Source: Erysipelotrichaceae bacterium (GTDB lineage: Bacteria > Bacillota_I > Bacilli_A > Erysipelotrichales > Coprobacillaceae). From it: a stretch of DNA of 32,000 nucleotides. Every line of letters begins with the position of its first letter. Within the stretch, counting starts at the first letter, position 1. This document shows positions 1 through 9,080 of this stretch, piece by piece. Both the position numbers and the translations under genes were made by a program. The notes beneath the pieces were generated by a model. That model worked only from the letters and a program-made list of their open reading frames with translations, had not been told where the DNA came from and made no database searches. The DNA is taken from assembly GCA_028698185.1 (NCBI GenBank), contig JAQVDW010000008.1, positions 1 through 32,000 on the forward strand, read 5' to 3'.

Positions 1-10
1 AAAAGCTACA

Positions 11-2038
11 TTGATATCATCGCAAAGCGATGATATCAAGACAAAATTGTCAAAGCTGTTGAACCTGTTTGCGCGCTTTATAAAGGCTGAAGACACCAGC
101 CTGTACCTGGTGAATGAAAACCAGGACCAAGCGTTACCGTTCAATTTGGGATCAGGTGCAAATTCAGGGCCAACAATCACAAGGGAATGGATTGAAACTT
201 TTAAGAATCTTGCAAATGGGGCGACTGTCTGTGTTGATTTGGACAAGGAGGTCCAAGGCCCTGCTCATCATGCAACCATAATCAAGACAAACAACCGGAT
301 TATGGGACTGCTGCTTTTCAGGATGCCTGAAGGCAGGATTTCAAAAAAAAATCGGAAGGCAATTCGATGTTTTGGCACAATTTGTGCCAATCTGATAAAC
401 CAGGAAAGATCTGGGGCGTCGCATAGGGCAAACATCGGAGCCAAAGTCGTCAATTCGGTCGACCGTTATGTGTTCATCTTTGATCAGGCGGGAAAAATAA
501 TATTCGCCAACACCCACCTGCGCATGAAAACCGGCTATGGCCTCGAGGATCTGGTCAACCGGAACGTTGACGATTTTCTCAAAAATATATCAAGTGCCTC
601 TTGCGACAACCATTATGAAAGCCTGATTGGCGTTCCGGAAACAAATCTGTCGCTTTCCCTGGTGGGAACGGACAGCGAAATGATCAACCTGACCGGCCAG
701 TTGGCCCGCTGCAATCTGGAAAACAAGGAATGTTACCTGGCGATTTTCAGCGAGGTAGAATCACTTTCCAAGGAGCTGGCAAGGTTTACCCGTCTGTTTA
801 GAAACAATCCGGTGATTGGGACAATCAACACCCTTCCCGACCACCGATTCATCAATGTCAACAGCGCCTTCTTGAAAACAACCGGATACCAGATCGGGGA
901 ACTGATTGGCAAATCCTGGATGGAACTTGGATTGATTGCCAATTACGAACAGGTCAAGACCGTAATACATGAGATCGAGAGCAAAGGGCTGATTGAAAAT
1001 GTCGAAGTCCAGCTAAGATCAAAAGACGGTACCATCAGTGAAGTGCTCCTTTGCGCCGAAGTAGTCTACTGTTTTGGGGAACGTCTGCTCCTTGTGGTGA
1101 TGATTGACATCACCAGCCAAAGAGGGATCCAGAACCTCTACTATGAACAGACTCGACGGCTCAACAGCATCATCGAAGGAACCAGACTGGGGACATGGGA
1201 ATGGAACATCCAGACCGGGGAAACAAAATTCAATGAGCGCTGGGCCGCCATGTTGGGATATACGATTGCGGAACTGGAGCCTGTCTCGATTGAAACATGG
1301 CTTCTGCTCGTCCATCCTGAAGATATCATCAATGCCCAGGTACTTTTGCAGCAACATTTCAATGGTGAACTTGAATTCTATGATGTCGAAGTCCGGGCCA
1401 AGGCCAAAGATGGCAGCTGGGTCTGGATCCATGATCGGGGCAAGGTCATCGAATACGATAAAAATGGCCATCCCCTGATGATGTACGGCACCCATTCGGA
1501 CATAACCAAAAAGAAGGATTTCGAGTTCCGGATCAATGAGTTGTCGATCCGGGATCCTCTTACCAATATTTACAACCGCCGTTATGTCTATGAAAGACTG
1601 GAGCAGGATCTGAAACGATTCGCCCGGCATCGGTCGGTTTTCGCCCTTGCCATCCTGGATATCGACCGGTTCAAGGATATCAACGACCGCCATGGCCATC
1701 TTGCCGGGGACCAAATCATCAAAGAATTCACCGAACTGATCCAGGACAACCTGCGCGAATACGACATACTTGGCCGTTACGGAGGTGAGGAATTTGTGGT
1801 CATCATGTATGACAGCGACAAAGCCGAAGCGGCGCTGATCATCGAACGGATTCTAGAAAAAGTCCGGAACAGGACCTTTTCATATCACGATGCCATTATC
1901 CGCTTCACATTCTCCGCCGGGGTATGTGACAGCAGTGAATTTGATGTTGAAGCGATAACAAACGAGAGGCTGATCGGTTTGGCCGACAAAAGGCTTTATT
2001 ACGCCAAACAGCTAGGCAGGGATCGGATTGTGACTTAG
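11..2038 (+). CDS. Sensor diguanylate cyclase with an N-terminal GAF-like region, tandem PAS/PAC modules and a C-terminal GGDEF domain. The frame is open to the left window edge, so the true start may lie upstream.
   Basis: 675-aa ORF. The C-terminal block DPLTNIYNRRY...LDIDRFKDINDRHGH...RYGGEEF is a typical GGDEF domain with an intact GGEEF site and an RxxD I-site (REYD) five residues upstream. PAS-like segments are present, e.g. GTWEWNIQTGETKFNERWAAMLGY. There is no stop codon between position 2 and 11. Confidence 0.85.
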   Translation: MISSQSDDIKTKLSKLLNLFARFIKAEDTSLYLVNENQDQALPFNLGSGANSGPTITREWIETFKNLANGATVCVDLDKEVQGPAHHATIIKTNNRIMGLLLFRMPEGRISKKNRKAIRCFGTICANLINQERSGASHRANIGAKVVNSVDRYVFIFDQAGKIIFANTHLRMKTGYGLEDLVNRNVDDFLKNISSASCDNHYESLIGVPETNLSLSLVGTDSEMINLTGQLARCNLENKECYLAIFSEVESLSKELARFTRLFRNNPVIGTINTLPDHRFINVNSAFLKTTGYQIGELIGKSWMELGLIANYEQVKTVIHEIESKGLIENVEVQLRSKDGTISEVLLCAEVVYCFGERLLLVVMIDITSQRGIQNLYYEQTRRLNSIIEGTRLGTWEWNIQTGETKFNERWAAMLGYTIAELEPVSIETWLLLVHPEDIINAQVLLQQHFNGELEFYDVEVRAKAKDGSWVWIHDRGKVIEYDKNGHPLMMYGTHSDITKKKDFEFRINELSIRDPLTNIYNRRYVYERLEQDLKRFARHRSVFALAILDIDRFKDINDRHGHLAGDQIIKEFTELIQDNLREYDILGRYGGEEFVVIMYDSDKAEAALIIERILEKVRNRTFSYHDAIIRFTFSAGVCDSSEFDVEAITNERLIGLADKRLYYAKQLGRDRIVT

Positions 2039-2127
2039 TGTTTATTTTAACAAGTTTCATCCCTTGTGGAAATCACGCCAGGATGTTATTGTAGTACAAC
2101 ATCATTATTGATTTTCAGGAGGAACTT

Positions 2128-2526
2128 ATGTACACATTACAAACGCCGACCTATGTTTTTTCGGCGATCTCACTTTTGATGATAGCCTACACCAGCCGTT
2201 ATGTGGCAATTACACAGGTCATCCGGCAGCTTAACGAGAACGGCACCAAACGTGAAGGCCGGATAGATTGCCAGATCAAATCGCTGATGAAACGGGTCAA
2301 ATACATCCGGAACATGCAGATTTCGGCATTGGTCGGATTCTCGCTCAACATTTTGACGATGATCCTGATTGCCTTGGGTTTCGATTTCATGGTACCAACC
2401 TTATTTCTGGCGGGACTGGCATTCGTTCTGGTTTCGCTTGTCATCTGCATACTGGAAATAGCCCTGTCGGCGCAGGCCTTGAGCATCTCACTGTCCGATG
2501 AACAAAGCGACTGTCCGGTAAAATAG
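2128..2526 (+). CDS. Small integral membrane protein of unknown function
   Basis: 132-aa ORF with an AGGAGGA SD just upstream. It has three hydrophobic segments (FSAISLLMIAY, ISALVGFSLNILTMILIALGF, LFLAGLAFVLVSLVICILEIAL) and is followed by an intrinsic terminator. No family was recognised with certainty. Confidence 0.6.
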   Translation: MYTLQTPTYVFSAISLLMIAYTSRYVAITQVIRQLNENGTKREGRIDCQIKSLMKRVKYIRNMQISALVGFSLNILTMILIALGFDFMVPTLFLAGLAFVLVSLVICILEIALSAQALSISLSDEQSDCPVK

Positions 2527-2527
2527 G

Positions 2528-2556
2528 AAAAAGAGGATTTTAGTCCTCTTTTTTCA
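2528..2556 (+). terminator. Intrinsic terminator after the small membrane protein gene
   Basis: AAAAAGAGGA-tttTAG-TCCTCTTTTT hairpin with a T-run. Confidence 0.8.
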
Positions 2557-2572
2557 AATTAAAGAAGTTCCG

Positions 2573-2600
2573 TTGTCACAACACCCGATGGTGGTATAAT
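2573..2600 (+). promoter_or_regulatory. Sigma-A-type promoter of udp
   Basis: TTGTCA (2573-2578), a 16-nt spacer, then the extended -10 TGgTATAAT (TATAAT at 2595-2600). Confidence 0.65.
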
Positions 2601-2628
2601 TGAAACGACAAATACAAAGGAGATCAAC

Positions 2629-3414
2629 ATGAAATACGCACAAGAAGGAAAACAATATCATATCGAAGTCGGCCAGGGTGAAATTGGCCGCTACGTCATT
2701 CTGCCCGGCGATCCCAAACGCTGCGCCAAGATCGCCCAGTACTTTGACGATCCCAAACTGATCGCCGACAGCCGGGAATTTGTGACATACACGGGCTATC
2801 TCGATGGCGTCAAAGTCAGTGTGACCTCGACGGGAATCGGTGGGCCTTCGGCTTCCATCGCCATGGAGGAGTTGGTGAAATGCGGTGCCGATACATTTGT
2901 TCGGGTCGGTACCTGCGGAGGAATCGACATCGGCGTCAAAAGCGGAGACGTCGTCGTAGCGACCGGAGCGGTACGGATGGAGGGAACATCCAAGGAATAT
3001 GCCCCAATTGAATTTCCGGCCGTGGCCAACCTTGATGTGACCAATGCCCTGGTGGCTGGAGCCAAATCACAGGGTGCTTCGTGGCATGTCGGGGTGGTCC
3101 AGTGCAAGGATTCGTTTTATGGCCAACATTCGCCAAGTATCATGCCGGTTAGCTACGAGCTTGAAAACAAGTGGGAAGCGTGGAAACGGTTGGGTGTCCT
3201 GGCTTCAGAGATGGAATCGGCGGCTTTGTTTGTGGTTGCCAGCCATTTGAAAGTCCGGGTCGGATCATGTTTCATGGTCGTAGCCAACCAGGAAAGGGAG
3301 AAGGCCGGGCTGAATAATCCGGTTGTCCACAATACCCAACAGGCTATCGAGGTCGGTGTTGCCGCCCTAAAAAACCTGATTGCATCGGATAAAAATCAAG
3401 AAAAGAACACTTAG
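2629..3414 (+). CDS. udp: Uridine phosphorylase (PNP/UDP-1 nucleoside phosphorylase family)
   Basis: 261 aa with an AAGGAGA SD. Motifs [32 protein letters not shown] and EMESAALF line up with my recollection of E. coli Udp. It has its own promoter and terminator. Confidence 0.8.
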   Translation: MKYAQEGKQYHIEVGQGEIGRYVILPGDPKRCAKIAQYFDDPKLIADSREFVTYTGYLDGVKVSVTSTGIGGPSASIAMEELVKCGADTFVRVGTCGGIDIGVKSGDVVVATGAVRMEGTSKEYAPIEFPAVANLDVTNALVAGAKSQGASWHVGVVQCKDSFYGQHSPSIMPVSYELENKWEAWKRLGVLASEMESAALFVVASHLKVRVGSCFMVVANQEREKAGLNNPVVHNTQQAIEVGVAALKNLIASDKNQEKNT

Positions 3415-3429
3415 CGGTGTTCTTTTTTT
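3401..3429 (+). terminator. Intrinsic terminator of udp
   Basis: AAAAGAACAC-ttagcg-GTGTTCTTTT followed by TTT. It overlaps the stop codon. Confidence 0.85.
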
Positions 3430-3444
3430 CACCCCAAATTAATT

Positions 3445-3467
3445 TTGGCACTATTGTCGGACGCCAA
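3445..3467 (+). promoter_or_regulatory. Operator-like inverted repeat TTGGC-N13-GCCAA upstream of mtlA, a putative MtlR site
   Basis: It lies within the 28-nt element TTTTGGCACTATTGTCGGACGCCAAATC. A near-identical copy is at 9571-9598. Both end 17 nt before their -35 box. Confidence 0.6.
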
Positions 3468-3484
3468 ATCTAATTTGGGTTTGA

Positions 3485-3514
3485 TTGAAAATATGTTTTG
3501 GTAGCGCTTATAAT
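3485..3514 (+). promoter_or_regulatory. mtlA promoter
   Basis: TTGAAA (3485-3490), an 18-nt spacer, TATAAT (3509-3514). Confidence 0.6.
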
Positions 3515-3577
3515 AAGCTTGTAAAACACAGAAGCAATTGGCCATTACTTCAAACTACAATCTAAAGGAGAGCTATT

Positions 3578-4957
3578 ATGAAAGAAAAAGTCCAAACATT
3601 CGGACGGTTTTTAAGCGGCATGGTAATGCCAAATATCGGGGCATTCATTGCCTGGGGTTTGATCACTGCATTTTTTATTGAGACAGGATGGTTGCCAAAC
3701 GCGACATTCGCAGCATTGGTCGGACCAATGATCACTTATCTGTTGCCTTTATTGATCGGTTTCACCGGAGGGAAAATGGTTCATGACTTCCGCGGTGGGG
3801 TAATTGGAGCAATCGTAACCATGGGCGTTATCGTCGGTTCTGGAACAATCATGTTCATGGGGGCGATGATCTGCGGTCCTCTGGCTGCATGGATCTTGAA
3901 AAAATTCGATGAAAGAGTCGAAGGTAAAGTAAAACCCGGCTTTGAAATGCTTGTAAACAACTTCTCAATCGGAATCATCGGTCTGATCCTGACATTGCTT
4001 GCCATGTTGGCAATCGCGCCAGTGGTCGTAGCTGTAAACAACGCATTGGCGGCTGGAGTTGGCTTCTTCGTTGAACGCTCAATGTTGCCATTGGCGTCAC
4101 TGTTCATCGAACCGGCAAAAATCCTATTCTTGAACAACGCAATCAATCACGGAATCTTCTCGCCTCTGGGAATCGCCCAAGTCGAAGAAGTTGGAAAATC
4201 AATCTTCTTCCTGCTTGAGGCAAATCCGGGACCAGGTCTAGGAATCCTTATGGCCTATATGATTGCCGGAAAAGGGATGTCAAAAGCATCAGCGCCAGGA
4301 GCAATAATCATCCACTTCCTGGGTGGTATCCATGAAATCTATTTCCCATTCGTATTGATGAATCCATTGTTGATCTTCGCCGCTATCGGTGGGGGAGCTG
4401 CCGGTGTCTTCACTTTCCAAATGTTGAATGTCGGTCTGACTGCTCCAGCTTCACCGGGTTCAATCTTCGCATTATTGATGATGTGCTCTAAAGACAGCTA
4501 TGTCGGTCTGGTTTTGGGTGTGGCTGCAGCGGCCCTGGTGGCACTGGCGATTGCCCTGCCAATCCTGAAATTCTCAAACAAAGAAACTAGTCTCGAAGAA
4601 GCAAAACAAAAAAACAAGGAATTGAAAGGTGCAAATCCTGCGCAGGATACAAAAGCAATCACCGGAAAAATTTCGAAAATCGCTTTTGCCTGCGATGCCG
4701 GAATGGGATCAAGCGCGATGGGAGCTACAGTCTTGAAAAACAAGATTAAGGATGCGGGCCTAACTGGAATCGAAGTCATCCATACGTCGGTTTCGACAAT
4801 CCCCGGGGATGTCCAGGTCGTTGTCACCCATGAGTCACTGGCGCAACGGGCGGCCAATTCGAATCCGGATGCCAAGCTGGTATTGATCACAAACTTCCTG
4901 CAGGCTCCTGAGTATGATGAGCTAGTCGAATTCCTAAAAGAAAACCATAAAAATTAG
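3578..4957 (+). CDS. mtlA: PTS mannitol-specific EIICB component
   Basis: 459 aa. The N-terminus FGRFLSGMVMPNIGAFIAWG plus LFLNNAINHGIF, NPGPG and FLGGIHEIYFP are mannitol EIIC motifs. The C-terminal EIIB module has the phospho-Cys context IAFACDAGMGSSAMG. AAGGAG SD present. Confidence 0.9.
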   Translation: MKEKVQTFGRFLSGMVMPNIGAFIAWGLITAFFIETGWLPNATFAALVGPMITYLLPLLIGFTGGKMVHDFRGGVIGAIVTMGVIVGSGTIMFMGAMICGPLAAWILKKFDERVEGKVKPGFEMLVNNFSIGIIGLILTLLAMLAIAPVVVAVNNALAAGVGFFVERSMLPLASLFIEPAKILFLNNAINHGIFSPLGIAQVEEVGKSIFFLLEANPGPGLGILMAYMIAGKGMSKASAPGAIIIHFLGGIHEIYFPFVLMNPLLIFAAIGGGAAGVFTFQMLNVGLTAPASPGSIFALLMMCSKDSYVGLVLGVAAAALVALAIALPILKFSNKETSLEEAKQKNKELKGANPAQDTKAITGKISKIAFACDAGMGSSAMGATVLKNKIKDAGLTGIEVIHTSVSTIPGDVQVVVTHESLAQRAANSNPDAKLVLITNFLQAPEYDELVEFLKENHKN

Positions 4958-4980
4958 GTCACTTAAGTGACCTGTTTTTT
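4956..4980 (+). terminator. Intrinsic terminator of mtlA
   Basis: AGGTCAC-ttaa-GTGACCT followed by GTTTTTT. Confidence 0.85.
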
Positions 4981-4988
4981 GGTATAAT
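4980..4988 (+). promoter_or_regulatory. Extended -10 promoter element in front of the mtlA paralog-mtlR unit
   Basis: TGgTATAAT lies immediately after the mtlA terminator T-run. There is no -35 box. The start codons lie only 9 nt (GTG) or 18 nt (ATG) downstream. Confidence 0.5.
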
Positions 4989-5005
4989 GGTTACGGGTGA
5001 TATTA

Positions 5006-6334
5006 ATGAAAAAACAAATCAAGAAAATTATCAAGTTCTATGCCTCGATTATCATGTCCTGCATGGGCGTATTCATGTTTCTGGGCATTTTGAATATAGT
5101 GTCGAATTTCTACCAGGATGAACGCCTGGTCCAAAGCATCCATGTGATAATAAACATCATTCTACCGGTGACCATAGCTTACCTGGCGGCCACCAGGATA
5201 TCGGACCATACCGGTGGAATAATCGGACTTCTGGCTAGTGTAGCCTTGATTGTGACACCAAACAATGCGAGCATCATCGGCGCCTTTGTGATTGGGAGTT
5301 GCGCCGGGCTTGTCAACCGGCATTTTTTGAAGCGGCTCATAGAGCGGATTCCACCGGGATTCGAGCTTCTGTTTACCAACCTGATTATCGGCGTTTTCGG
5401 TTTTGGACTGGGGATGCTGGTGAATCTGGTGATGATTCCAACGCTGAATGTTTTTAGCGTTGTTACCAACGGATTTATCACATACCTGCTAAACAACGAG
5501 CTGATCGCTCTGATGGCGGTGGTAATCGAGGTTTCCAAAGTGTTTTTCTTGAACAACCTGATCAACCATGGAATCCTGATCCCCCTGGGTCTGTCCCAGG
5601 TCAATCAGATGGGAGACACGATCCTTTTTTTCCTGGAAACAAATCCCGGACCGGGTGCCGGGGTGATCCTGGCCCTGCTTTTTGCAAAAAAAAGGGAGGC
5701 CCGGCAGATGTTTAGTTATTTCACGGTCCAGTTTCTAGGCGGAATCCATGAGGTTTACTTCCCGCTTGTCCTGGAATTCAGGAAGCTATTCATCGCCCTG
5801 ATAATGGGTGGGATGGCCGGAATCATCACGATGGAGAACATGGATCTCGGACTGATAAGTCCGGTAAGTCCCGGCAGCGTCTTTACGATCATGCTCAATG
5901 CGAGCAATTCCGACCGCCTGCTGGTGCTGGCACCAATCGGGATTTCCCTGCTGGTTTCATTCTTTAGCGCGATTGTAATCCTCCAGATTTCCACTGCTTC
6001 CCATGGGGGCAAGAAAAGTTCCGTCCTAAAATTGGGACCGATCAAAAAGATCGTTTTCACATGCGACGGGGGCTTCGGATCGTCGGTGATGGGTGCATCC
6101 CTTTTCAATCGCAAAATCAAGAAATATGATTTCAACCTGACGGTCAAGGCTCAGGGAATAAATAATATCGATGAAGATGTCTCGCTGATTGTCGTCCAGA
6201 CGGGATTAGAGAAGATGGCTCGGGAAAAGTATCCTCACAAGGAAATATATCCGGTCAATGAATTCCTGGACAATGGCAGCTATGACGAACTTATTGCAAT
6301 GTTGGAAGAAAGGAACAGGAATAATGAACTTTGA
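5006..6334 (+). CDS. Divergent mannitol-family PTS EIICB paralog, either a second permease or a sensor
   Basis: 442 aa from ATG 5006 (an in-frame GTG lies at 4997). It retains FFLNNLINHGI, NPGPG, FLGGIHEVYFP, SPGS and an EIIB Cys context (IVFTCDGGFGSSVMG). The N-terminus and most loops differ from the upstream MtlA. It overlaps the mtlR start by 11 nt. Confidence 0.8.
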   Translation: MKKQIKKIIKFYASIIMSCMGVFMFLGILNIVSNFYQDERLVQSIHVIINIILPVTIAYLAATRISDHTGGIIGLLASVALIVTPNNASIIGAFVIGSCAGLVNRHFLKRLIERIPPGFELLFTNLIIGVFGFGLGMLVNLVMIPTLNVFSVVTNGFITYLLNNELIALMAVVIEVSKVFFLNNLINHGILIPLGLSQVNQMGDTILFFLETNPGPGAGVILALLFAKKREARQMFSYFTVQFLGGIHEVYFPLVLEFRKLFIALIMGGMAGIITMENMDLGLISPVSPGSVFTIMLNASNSDRLLVLAPIGISLLVSFFSAIVILQISTASHGGKKSSVLKLGPIKKIVFTCDGGFGSSVMGASLFNRKIKKYDFNLTVKAQGINNIDEDVSLIVVQTGLEKMAREKYPHKEIYPVNEFLDNGSYDELIAMLEERNRNNEL

Positions 6335-8378
6335 TCCACGAATGAAAAAAATACTTCTGGAATTGCTCAAGGATGAGTACCTTTCGATTTCCCAGCTGGC
6401 TGAGCGCGTCGGGGTATCCAAACGGACTATCCAGCGAGAGCTTGGCTACATTGACGATGATTTAAGACCGTACAATCTGGTGTTCCAAAGCAAGACCGGA
6501 AAGGGCGTCTGGCTTGAAGGGTCCCAGGAAAACAAGCTTGAACTTTACAGTGCCATTGAAAAGGACAACACCTTCGACAGTTTCGATGCCAAAAACCGCC
6601 AGCGCCGGATCCTGCTCGAATTGCTCAAATCACAGGACATCCACAAGATAATATCCTTTGCGAACCTGATCAATGTATCAGAAGCGACAATCAGGCTCGA
6701 TCTTATGGAAATCGAAAAGTGGCTTGACAAGTTCGACCTTGTCCTGGAAAAGACACCGGGCCTAGGAGTCAGGATGTCGGGCAGCGAGGCCAATTTGCGT
6801 CGGGCAATTCGTGCCTACTTCAGTGATTTTGCCCCGGAAAGCAGCGGCTCAGGTCGGTTTGATGAAATCAAGGAATTCATGGTCAAGAATCGTGAAGGCA
6901 TATCCCAGCTGCTCGATGAGGACATCCTCAAAAGGGTGATCGAATGTCTTGAGGACATTTCCAGCGACCAGATCAGGGAGCTTACCGAAAGTTCCTATAT
7001 CGGCCTGATTATCCATCTGGCCATAGTGGTCAAAAGGATCCAAAGCGGGGAGCAGATAAGCTATGACCGTGATCTGCTCAAAAGCATCGACATCGACCAG
7101 GATTACCGGATCGCCAAGCTGATTGGCGAATTTCTAATGGCGGAGTTCGATATTGTGATCGACGAGATGGAACTGTATTACATCAACCTCCATCTCAAGG
7201 GAACCAAACACCAGACCATGAATATCGAGAATATCCAAATGGACAACGAGGTCATCAAGCGCCTGATCAACAAGATGATCGATGCCTATGATCCGGCTAT
7301 CGCCTTTGAACTGAAGCAGGACGACCATTTCATCAACGGCCTGCTTACCCATTTGCAGCCTACTTTGATCAGGATTGTCAATGACATGGTCATAACAAAT
7401 CCTTTGCTTGACCAGATCAAGAAACAGTATCCTCGCGAGTTCGAAAAATGCCTGAATGTGGGTCAGGTCCTCGAGGATTTCACCCACAAGAAGGTGCCTT
7501 CGGGCGAAATCGGATTTCTCGCGATGCATTTTGGCAGTGCCGGCATCCGGCTCAAACTCGCTACCAAAAAAGCACGCCGGGTCAATGTCGGAGTCATCTG
7601 TGCGACGGGAATCGGGCTGTCACGTCTGATGGGGGCAAGTCTTGAAAAGATATATGGCGACAGGATCAGGGTTTTCCCCTTTTCCAAGGCCGATGCTTTT
7701 AGCGCTGATGTGATTGATTTCTACCTTTCATCGATAAAGATGGATGGCTACCATGAAAATCTTCTTTACGTCAACCCGATATTGAATGATCAGGACCTTG
7801 ATGCCATTGGCGCGCTTATTGAAAAGCATTGTTACCTTCCTGTAAAGAATACCACCGTTCAGGACAGTTTCATCGAACAGCTTAGCGAATTCGACTACTA
7901 TGTGGGCACAATCAAATATATTCTCGAAAACATCCGGATCACCCGGATTCGAGCGGACTGTGATTTTGGTGGCCTTGTCGCCCGTTCAACTGATTCCATG
8001 GATGAAACAATGGCTGCTACGGTGCGCCATGACCTTATTGCCCGGGAAAAAATAGGCAGCCAGATTTTCAAACAGCTATCGTTTGGCCTGCTACATACCA
8101 AGACTAACGGGGTTGAAAGACCTCAAATCATCCTGATTTTGCCTGAATCCGGGCCGGCTTTTGTGGATGACTATCTTGCAGGAGTCAAGGTTGTCATTTG
8201 TTTGCTTATGCCAAAAAATGAATACGAGAATCTTAATTCGAACATCCTGGGCCATATTTCATCGGTGCTCGTCGAAGACGAATCGATAATCGACGTATTT
8301 GCCACCGGTCAAAAACAGGAAATAGTCGAGAAGCTCTCGCTCCATTTCAAGACTTTCCTGGCTAAAAACCTGCTATGA
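6324..8378 (+). CDS. mtlR: MtlR-type PRD-containing transcriptional activator (HTH, Mga-like region, PRD1, PRD2, EIIB-Gat-like and EIIA-Mtl-like domains)
   Basis: 684 aa from ATG 6324, with AAGGAACAGGA upstream. The longer ORF from 6258 has no SD. Features are an N-terminal HTH (LSISQLAERVGVSKRTIQREL), PRD histidines (YINLHLKG, FLAMHFGSAG), an EIIB-like Cys (VGVICATGIGLS) and a C-terminal EIIA-like His (GLLHTKT). Its length and context match MtlR of Bacillus and Geobacillus. Confidence 0.85.
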   Translation: MNFDPRMKKILLELLKDEYLSISQLAERVGVSKRTIQRELGYIDDDLRPYNLVFQSKTGKGVWLEGSQENKLELYSAIEKDNTFDSFDAKNRQRRILLELLKSQDIHKIISFANLINVSEATIRLDLMEIEKWLDKFDLVLEKTPGLGVRMSGSEANLRRAIRAYFSDFAPESSGSGRFDEIKEFMVKNREGISQLLDEDILKRVIECLEDISSDQIRELTESSYIGLIIHLAIVVKRIQSGEQISYDRDLLKSIDIDQDYRIAKLIGEFLMAEFDIVIDEMELYYINLHLKGTKHQTMNIENIQMDNEVIKRLINKMIDAYDPAIAFELKQDDHFINGLLTHLQPTLIRIVNDMVITNPLLDQIKKQYPREFEKCLNVGQVLEDFTHKKVPSGEIGFLAMHFGSAGIRLKLATKKARRVNVGVICATGIGLSRLMGASLEKIYGDRIRVFPFSKADAFSADVIDFYLSSIKMDGYHENLLYVNPILNDQDLDAIGALIEKHCYLPVKNTTVQDSFIEQLSEFDYYVGTIKYILENIRITRIRADCDFGGLVARSTDSMDETMAATVRHDLIAREKIGSQIFKQLSFGLLHTKTNGVERPQIILILPESGPAFVDDYLAGVKVVICLLMPKNEYENLNSNILGHISSVLVEDESIIDVFATGQKQEIVEKLSLHFKTFLAKNLL

Positions 8379-8461
8379 TGGTTTTAAAGTCGTCATCTTT
8401 GCATTTGCAAGTCTTTTTTGATATGGTTATACCATAAAGAAAAGACAAGGAGAATTCAAAT

Positions 8462-9055
8462 ATGAGCGAATATCTGCATTTGATTGAAAAGCGCCGCTCC
8501 AATTACGACCTTGGTCGCAATGTCACAGCCACCAAGGAAGAGATAAATGAGCTGATCGCCACTGTCGTCCATCACAACCCATCATCATACAACAGCCAGT
8601 CCACTAAGGTAATCGTGCTTTATGATTTGGAACATGACGATTTCTGGGACCTGGTCTCGAACCAACTTGAGAAGATCGTCGCTCCGGAAAGATTTCCAGC
8701 CACCAAAAAAAAGATTGAAGGATTCAAAAAGGCCTTTGGGACCGTCCTGTTTTTCGAAGATGAAAGCATAACCGGAGACCTGGTGAAAAAGTACCCCAGC
8801 TATGCCCAAAACTTCCGAATCTGGGCGCAGCAGGCCAATGCGATGGTCCAGTATGGAATCTGGGTCGGGTTGGGGGTGATGTCTCTTGGCGGTTCGCTCC
8901 AGCATTACAATGAAGTAATCGAAACGGCGGTGTGGCAGGCGTACGATCTTGATCGAAGCTGGAGGCTGATCGCCCAGATGCCTTTTGGATCGATCGAGAG
9001 CGCACCAAATGAAAAGGCGAAGAAAATCGAAGGGCGCATGATAATTAAAGAATAG
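8462..9055 (+). CDS. Nitroreductase-family flavoprotein
   Basis: 197 aa with an AAGGAGA SD. The N-terminal IEKRRSNYDL and the later NSQSTKVIVL block are typical of the small NAD(P)H nitroreductase-like family. A terminator follows. Confidence 0.7.
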   Translation: MSEYLHLIEKRRSNYDLGRNVTATKEEINELIATVVHHNPSSYNSQSTKVIVLYDLEHDDFWDLVSNQLEKIVAPERFPATKKKIEGFKKAFGTVLFFEDESITGDLVKKYPSYAQNFRIWAQQANAMVQYGIWVGLGVMSLGGSLQHYNEVIETAVWQAYDLDRSWRLIAQMPFGSIESAPNEKAKKIEGRMIIKE

Positions 9056-9080
9056 AGTCGCCTTGATCTATCACAATGGA

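Noticed and set aside
1019-1714. 231-aa minus-strand ORF inside the GGDEF gene. The same applies to 19593-20201 and 19916-20392 inside prfC, and to 31385-31753 opposite pgeF.
   Set aside because: These are shadow frames opposite confidently identified genes.
3499-3512. cre-like TGGTAGCGCTTATA overlapping the mtlA -10 box
   Set aside because: It has three mismatches to the CcpA consensus, including two in the left arm. That is too weak to call.
4850-4870. TTCGAATCC string resembling a tRNA T-loop
   Set aside because: The flanking bases (GCCAA / CCGGA) cannot form a T-stem. No acceptor or anticodon arms are present, and it lies inside the well-supported mtlA coding frame.
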